DNA of 31,497 nucleotides from a virus (lineage: Duplodnaviria > Caudoviricetes), in the IMG/VR virus record IMGVR_UViG_3300016675_000269, positions 1 to 31,497 of that record; one strand, given 5' to 3'. Position 1 is the first letter of the stretch. Each line of letters opens with the position of its first letter. The translations under genes were made by a program, and so were the position numbers. Positions 26,637-31,497 of this stretch are shown here, piece by piece. The notes beneath the pieces are model-generated. The model had not been told where the DNA came from. It searched no databases and saw only the letters and a program-made list of their open reading frames with translations.

Positions 26637-27899
26637 TCAGGTTCGAGGGCCAGCTAGGTTGTCTCGAACGTAAGGTTGCTGACGAGAACCGAGGACCGGT
26701 GAACGTCGAGGGAGAAGGTTGAAGAGCTCCTGAGGTTGCGTAACTCGCAAGCTGGATTCCCAGCCGAGCACGTAAGATCGAGCGTCTCGCCACTCGCTGC
26801 AAGAGGTTACGCGGAAGAACCGCCCCGTAGTTGTTTCGAAGACGATGTCTAACGGGCGGACTAGGGAAACCAGAGGAGAGAAGACAACGGAGACTTCATC
26901 TGTGCTGTCCAACAAAGAGGTGTTCGAAGAACGAGAGGTCTTTGGAAAAGCAAAGTTTGCGGAGTTTGCCGACTGATTGATCTGAATCTCGAGATGAGTT
27001 ACAACTCTTTCCTCACCCAGGTCTACACGAATCTCGTGTGAAACTCCGTCGCAGAACTGAGCGATGTCCTGAGCAGAAACCAAAAGTCGGTTATCCACAA
27101 AGAAGTTTGCAGGAACCGCCTCTTCTCCGTTGAACAGCCGGAAGGCGTCTACAGAGACACAACCCTTCGGCAGCGTGACCGTCCACGTTAGAGTGTCGGT
27201 CAAGACTGAACAGGGGCCATTGTCGTAGGAGAGAGTAGCGGCAGGTGGGAGAGTGCAGGTCGGTTCGTAAGGGACGAGGGACCGTCGCCAGCCGTTGAAT
27301 ACGGAGAAACCTCCAACGAACCCCGTGCCAAAGCAAACAGGGCAACTCACATCCATGTTGGAGTGGATAGACAGGTCTACGCTTTCTGCGAAATCTTGCA
27401 GATCAGAAGTCATCGCTACGGGACCGTTTGGCCCCTCCCCGTCGTCGATAACGGTGGAGACGCCAGCTTGAGTCAACTCCGAAGGGGCCCAACGTTCAAG
27501 GTGTGAGCCCGTTATACTAGACCGAGCGGTGACCGAAGGGGAGTCCGTCCTCGGAGTGGCGAATAGGCTGGAATCAATCTCCAGAACGTCTTGGCGAGAA
27601 CCGTAAGCCCGGACTCCAAAGGGTAGTCCGCCGGTAAGCAACTCGTTGATAGTGCCTTCGTCAGCTTTACCGTCTTCTCCTAGCCGAGAGGTGAGCTGTT
27701 TCTTGTGACTGCTGCAAGCACAGGAGAAACCTTTGCCGAGCCGATGATACAGAACACCGGAATACCCGTCTACCTGGAAAGCCGCATCGTACTTTCTGTT
27801 CTGAACTGGTAGGATTCGATTGATGGTGTCCTTGGCTACGTCAGCGGCTCTAGCGTTTGCCGGCAGCACTCGGTTGTTCGTTCGATGTACGATGGGCAT
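26637..27899 (-). CDS. Probable neck/head-closure virion protein with Zn motif (420 aa)
   Basis: SD AAGGAGG. CACS..SCPVCFGTGFVGGF motif and C-terminal RPLDIVFE...RFFRVT, as seen in head-closure-like proteins of large phages. Role is inferred. Confidence 0.5.
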   Translation of the reverse strand: MPIVHRTNNRVLPANARAADVAKDTINRILPVQNRKYDAAFQVDGYSGVLYHRLGKGFSCACSSHKKQLTSRLGEDGKADEGTINELLTGGLPFGVRAYGSRQDVLEIDSSLFATPRTDSPSVTARSSITGSHLERWAPSELTQAGVSTVIDDGEGPNGPVAMTSDLQDFAESVDLSIHSNMDVSCPVCFGTGFVGGFSVFNGWRRSLVPYEPTCTLPPAATLSYDNGPCSVLTDTLTWTVTLPKGCVSVDAFRLFNGEEAVPANFFVDNRLLVSAQDIAQFCDGVSHEIRVDLGEERVVTHLEIQINQSANSANFAFPKTSRSSNTSLLDSTDEVSVVFSPLVSLVRPLDIVFETTTGRFFRVTSCSEWRDARSYVLGWESSLRVTQPQELFNLLPRRSPVLGSRQQPYVRDNLAGPRT

Positions 27900-27918
27900 T
27901 GCTGCCTCCTTGCTTAGG

Positions 27919-28446
27919 TTAGCCCACTCGAAGGAAGTACGGTAGGATGTAAAAGTAACCTGGAAGAGATACTTTCATGACCCCCGAGTTTAGAAGTTCC
28001 AGGAACCGATCCTTCTGAGTCGAGTCCAAGTGCTGGAAGTAGAACTTGCGGTTCAATACTGCAGGTCGAGGGACAATGTCAATGTACATGTCTTCTTTAA
28101 GAGTCCAACCTGAGCTCTCCAGGATTTCCGAGTGTTCTTCCGCTGTAGCACGAACCATGCTGGGTCGGAGATTCCGGACTTCGCTCGGGTCGCAGTATGC
28201 AACAGAGGACACGTACAACTCTCCAGCCTTCGGATTGGGAACTTCCAGGTAAGCCTTGTAGGTCTTGTCGGTGGGGATGACTAGGCATCCCTCTTCTACC
28301 AGCTTCAAGAAGAACTCAGGGTCCAGTGAACCACAGTAGGCACAACTAGTCAATCCGCTTTGAGACTCAGCTCGCCAGTGGTCTTTCATCTCTCCGTTCG
28401 GAGACTTCTCAGGTTCAAAGCGGCGAGGACAAGTGAACTTGCTCAT
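27919..28446 (-). CDS. Hypothetical phage protein (175 aa)
   Basis: SD GAGGA. Contains CPRR..CAYCGSL..PTDKTYKAY..KFYFQHL. Confidence 0.7.
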   Translation of the reverse strand: MSKFTCPRRFEPEKSPNGEMKDHWRAESQSGLTSCAYCGSLDPEFFLKLVEEGCLVIPTDKTYKAYLEVPNPKAGELYVSSVAYCDPSEVRNLRPSMVRATAEEHSEILESSGWTLKEDMYIDIVPRPAVLNRKFYFQHLDSTQKDRFLELLNSGVMKVSLPGYFYILPYFLRVG

Positions 28447-28458
28447 ATCTCAATCCTC

Positions 28459-28830
28459 TCAGGTTGGTGGGGCTGTCCGAGTGTAAGGATAGGGATTTGT
28501 CGAAGGACGCTTCCGGCTTTTAAGCGGCCGGTCGTCGAAGAACAGGAAGATGGCAGGCTGCTGCGAAAAAGAAGGGTTGGTAGCGTTAGTAACGACTACC
28601 TTTCGAAGACCTTCGGAAGTGCGATACAAAAGAGTACAACCTCGAGAGAATCCATCCCACTGCCAAAACTGGCTACGGAGCGCAGTTGCAAGTCTTTGGA
28701 TGACAATACTCATAGGCGTCCGCACCTGTACTTCGATACCTATCTCGTTCTTAATCATCAGAGTAGGCGTTCGGAACCCTAGTCTCTGGCACAAGGCCAA
28801 GGCCTGATTCTCGTCTTTTGAGAAGCTCAT
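28459..28830 (-). CDS. Hypothetical protein (123 aa)
   Basis: ATGA-coupled to the upstream gene; SD GGAG. Confidence 0.65.
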   Translation of the reverse strand: MSFSKDENQALALCQRLGFRTPTLMIKNEIGIEVQVRTPMSIVIQRLATALRSQFWQWDGFSRGCTLLYRTSEGLRKVVVTNATNPSFSQQPAIFLFFDDRPLKSRKRPSTNPYPYTRTAPPT

Positions 28831-29525
28831 GACTGGTTCTCCGTTACGCTGGAATCCGCCTCTTCATGGACCGGCCCTGTATATTTGAGAGCGACTCGGC
28901 GGGAAGCCAGAAGCTGCGAGAGCTGAGGGCTCTCCCAGTTCTCCTTAGAAGGCTCTCGACTGACCAAAGCTTCATCATGCTCGTTGAGGAGGTCGTACTT
29001 GAAAAAGAGAACCTGTGCAGCACCGGAGTTGACTAGCTTTTGCCATACCCTGTTAGACATGGGAGTCTGAGTGAAGTCCTGATACAGGTAGTTACCAGTG
29101 AGGACGATTCGATAGGCTTCCGGTAGAATGCCTCGGCCTCGGAAAGAAGGTTCGATCCAGGCGGATGGAGTGAGGACTGGCAGACGAGGCTTGATGAAAT
29201 GCTTGAACATACCTCGAGACGGGCCAAGATCCACGTAGCCAACAGGACCTTCTTCCTCTAGGGAGTAGACGACCATCTCGAATGTCGCGGCACGTGTGTC
29301 TCGAATGGCGAGATAGCTGATGTCGTTAGCACCTGACTTGAGCCAGGCAGCTTGCTTGATTCCAGACCGGAAGACCTTGCCAAACTTTCGGTAGTTCGCA
29401 GCGTTCATTGCTTCGTCTTTAACGTTAGCAAAGGCCGCTTGAGCGTCGGCTCGACCTTCCTTGTCCCCGTATCCCATGCCGCCAATTTGAACAGCGTCGA
29501 CTTGAATAGTGCTCAAGATTTTCAT
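28827..29525 (-). CDS. GNAT-fold (acetyltransferase-like) protein (232 aa)
   Basis: VGYVDL, motif A AWIEPSFRGRGILPEAYRIVL and motif B-like DFTQTPMSNRVWQKL. ATG at 29525. Confidence 0.65.
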   Translation of the reverse strand: MKILSTIQVDAVQIGGMGYGDKEGRADAQAAFANVKDEAMNAANYRKFGKVFRSGIKQAAWLKSGANDISYLAIRDTRAATFEMVVYSLEEEGPVGYVDLGPSRGMFKHFIKPRLPVLTPSAWIEPSFRGRGILPEAYRIVLTGNYLYQDFTQTPMSNRVWQKLVNSGAAQVLFFKYDLLNEHDEALVSREPSKENWESPQLSQLLASRRVALKYTGPVHEEADSSVTENQS

Positions 29526-29553
29526 CAAAATCTCGGAATGTAATACTGTGAAG

Positions 29554-29569
29554 TTGACATAAAATTGGG
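29554..29569 (-). promoter_or_regulatory. Conserved 16-bp motif CCCAATTTTATGTCAA, candidate late promoter (copy 3)
   Basis: Identical to 9726-9741. Lies in the divergent intergenic region, 28 nt before the first ATG of the minus-strand block. Confidence 0.7.
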
Positions 29570-29597
29570 CACCTCACAACTTAGAATAGGCGGAAAA

Positions 29598-30245
29598 ATG
29601 ACGCATGTAGTTATATTGTCGTTAGACCCTGGTACAGGGAACTTCGGCTTTGCCGTATTGTCAGGGGAACTAAAAAGAGAAGTGGGGCCTCAGCTGAAGG
29701 TACTTCGCTTTGGGCGTAACTTCTCCACGATTCGAGAGATCAAGCAGGGTATCAACTACCAAGCAAGTCAGTACTGGGCATTCCTGGAGAGTATGTACAA
29801 AGAATACGGCGTTACTCACATCGTCGGTGAACGTTATCAAAGCCGCAGGATGGGAGGTTCGACCATCGAGTCCGTCAATATAATGATTGGCATCACGTTG
29901 GCATTCGCTAGGCTTCACAAACTACCTTGCAAGTTCATACCAGCTTCTCAATGGAAGAACGAACTGAATAGAAACGGCGTGGAGCTTGTTGAAGTCTATC
30001 AATCGGTGAAGGGTAGTAAAGTCACGCCTCATGCAGTAGATGCCGTTAGCATCGGAGAGTATGCGGCTTACAGGTTGGTTGGGTTGAAGCCATTCTCGGA
30101 AACTGTGAATGAAACGAAAAGAGCGCAGCATGTTCTACGGTTCGTAGAAAATCATGTAGACTTCGGCGTAAAGGCCAAGGTTGCTAAGAAAGCCGTGAGG
30201 CGCGCTCGTCCTTCTGCTGGGAAGCGTGGAGGTGAGTCCAAATGA
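29598..30245 (+). CDS. ruvC: RuvC-like Holliday junction resolvase (215 aa)
   Basis: ILSLDPGTGNFGFAV, IVGERY, PASQWK and HAVDAVSI give the RuvC acidic catalytic pattern. Start moved to ATG 29598. Confidence 0.85.
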   Translation: MTHVVILSLDPGTGNFGFAVLSGELKREVGPQLKVLRFGRNFSTIREIKQGINYQASQYWAFLESMYKEYGVTHIVGERYQSRRMGGSTIESVNIMIGITLAFARLHKLPCKFIPASQWKNELNRNGVELVEVYQSVKGSKVTPHAVDAVSIGEYAAYRLVGLKPFSETVNETKRAQHVLRFVENHVDFGVKAKVAKKAVRRARPSAGKRGGESK

Positions 30246-30682
30246 GCAAGAATCAAGCTAAGGACGCTGGTTCAGGCAAAGAGATCTTCTGCGTGATAGC
30301 CGAGACCTCTCTTTCAACTGCTCGATGTCCGGTAACACGCTGCATGTACCGCGACAGGAAAACCGGAAGGTGCGAAGGGGCAAGCCTGAAAGACACCCTT
30401 CCGGAAAACGAATCCTCAAAATTGAGCCTTCTCAAAGACTTCTACCGAGTCACCGAGGCTGAAATCCACGATGGGGTGAAGAGAGTTCGCTTAGCGACTG
30501 AGGTTGCTAACTTTTTCTTCTACTTGTTTGACAAGACCATCTTAGAGGCTAAGACGAAAGACTTTGAAGAACTCTACAACTCTAAGGAGAAGTATGAGAA
30601 CTGGAAAGGTAAGTCGGCGCTGGATCCGTTCTCCTTTGAGGAGATATCTGAAATGGCTTCGTTCATGTTCACTAAACTTTGA
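30242..30682 (+). CDS. Hypothetical Cys-motif protein (146 aa)
   Basis: ATGA-coupled to ruvC; SD GGAGGTGA. Four N-terminal Cys (FC..RCPVTRCMY..GRC). Confidence 0.7.
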   Translation: MSKNQAKDAGSGKEIFCVIAETSLSTARCPVTRCMYRDRKTGRCEGASLKDTLPENESSKLSLLKDFYRVTEAEIHDGVKRVRLATEVANFFFYLFDKTILEAKTKDFEELYNSKEKYENWKGKSALDPFSFEEISEMASFMFTKL

Positions 30683-30705
30683 ACTTCTTTTCTAGGAGAA
30701 ACAAA

Positions 30706-31425
30706 ATGGCAAAGGTAACTTCCCTCAGTGTTCAAGACCTGATCGATCAAAACTCAGGCCCTGTGTACGTTCTCAACAACTCCGAGCGAGCCGTGGGTCA
30801 AGGCGGAGATGTCTTCGTGACAATCAACCAGAACGGGCAGAACCGTTCGCTGATGGTTCCTTTGACTTGGCTACCGCTGGAGGTGACTCGTCGAATCCCT
30901 CGAAAGTACCTGCTTGATAGCTCGTATTTCTTGGACGCACTGGCGAAAGGACTGCTTATCGCGATCCCGGCAGAAGAGGCCCAAGCCATCCTCAGCCGTC
31001 CGGAGGCTGTCCGCGAGCAAGCTCGGCTCGATGCTGCCGAAGAGTCTATCAAGGCAGCGGTCGCTTCCCGTGGCATCAGTCGAAACGTGAGTGTGGTCAA
31101 CTCGTCAATGGACGAACAAGAGGCTCCGCTGCAAGCCAGCCGCAATACCCAGCAGCCTGGAAAAGCTACTGTGACTGCCAAGAAGGGTTCCGTGAGCATT
31201 TCCAACCTGATGGACGAAGTGGAAGAAGCTCCAGTGGCGGAAGTCAGCGCTCGGTTCAAAGCGTTTGTCACTAAGCTGAACAGTATGGATGAATCCGGTG
31301 CGATGGCTGAGCTGCGGTTGCGTAGCGAGCTGACGGAAGAAGAGTGCCACTATCTCATCGACAACTGTGAGCACGAGCGGATCTCCAAGATCCTGAAGTC
31401 CAAGCTGCAAAGCCTGGAAAACTGA
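30706..31425 (+). CDS. Hypothetical phage protein (239 aa)
   Basis: Start moved to MAKV (SD AGGAG). Two globular regions joined by a flexible linker; followed by a terminator. Confidence 0.75.
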   Translation: MAKVTSLSVQDLIDQNSGPVYVLNNSERAVGQGGDVFVTINQNGQNRSLMVPLTWLPLEVTRRIPRKYLLDSSYFLDALAKGLLIAIPAEEAQAILSRPEAVREQARLDAAEESIKAAVASRGISRNVSVVNSSMDEQEAPLQASRNTQQPGKATVTAKKGSVSISNLMDEVEEAPVAEVSARFKAFVTKLNSMDESGAMAELRLRSELTEEECHYLIDNCEHERISKILKSKLQSLEN

Positions 31426-31448
31426 CCTTTCTCGGCTGAAGAACAGCC

Positions 31449-31497
31449 AAGTCAAAAACCCCCGGTTGAGGTAGACTCAACCGGGGGTTTTTGACTT
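31449..31497. terminator. Bidirectional intrinsic terminator, perfect 22-bp inverted repeat
   Basis: AAGTCAAAAACCCCCGGTTGAG-gtaga-CTCAACCGGGGGTTTTTGACTT, with A5 and T5 tracts flanking the GC core. Confidence 0.85.

Noticed and set aside
26626-26802. ORF-track N-terminal extensions (also 630-698, 8935-8961, 9672-9722, 12039-12095, 23400-23435, 29565-29597, 30679-30705)
   Set aside because: They overlap neighbouring genes or regulatory elements; downstream ATGs with better SD sequences or spacing are more plausible starts.
29554-29587. TTGACA...TAGAAT as a sigma70 promoter for ruvC
   Set aside because: The spacer is 22 bp, too long, and the TTGACA is part of the 16-bp motif whose other intergenic copy has no -10 box.
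1-31497. CRISPR array, tRNA, rRNA, integrase or transposase
   Set aside because: No spaced direct repeats, cloverleaf-like sequence or recombinase motifs were found by eye; intergenic space is minimal.
1-31497. Active stop-codon reassignment in this window
   Set aside because: Genes tile the window densely under the standard code, and recognisable proteins are full length.
1-31497. Apparent abundance of TCGA/CTCGAG words
   Set aside because: An impression only; it needs a Markov-corrected k-mer count and may simply reflect CGA and GAG codon usage.

Overview
This window is about 31.5 kb of a large tailed dsDNA bacteriophage genome (Caudoviricetes; my impression, not a search result, is a large or jumbo myovirus). 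I call 36 CDSs: 33 on the minus strand and 3 on the plus strand at the right end. The minus strand, read right to left, encodes a GNAT-fold protein, a Zn-motif neck-like protein, several unknown probable virion proteins, a holin-like membrane pair, a head-tail adaptor-like protein, an HNH nuclease, an acidic homeodomain-like protein, a fibre-anchor protein with a beta-helix tailspike, and a putative helicase loader with a DnaB helicase. It continues with the large terminase, a portal interrupted by a 508-aa LAGLIDADG intein, a prohead protease, and a second paralogous fibre-anchor protein followed by three fibre-type genes. The plus strand carries a RuvC-like resolvase and two unknown genes, ending in a perfect 22-bp inverted repeat. 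The most notable unexplained signals are: (1) a 16-bp motif, CCCAATTTTATGTCAA, found three times ahead of late genes (candidate phage late promoter); (2) an N-terminal [KQ]-I-L-[SA] motif shared by the prohead protease and four unrelated proteins (candidate capsid-targeting propeptide system, whose cargo would include an acetyltransferase and an acidic homeodomain-like protein); (3) a structured leader with a mini-ORF before the helicase genes; (4) duplicated receptor-binding branches. I found no major capsid gene, tRNA, rRNA or CRISPR array. All product calls come from reading motifs by eye; no database searches were run.
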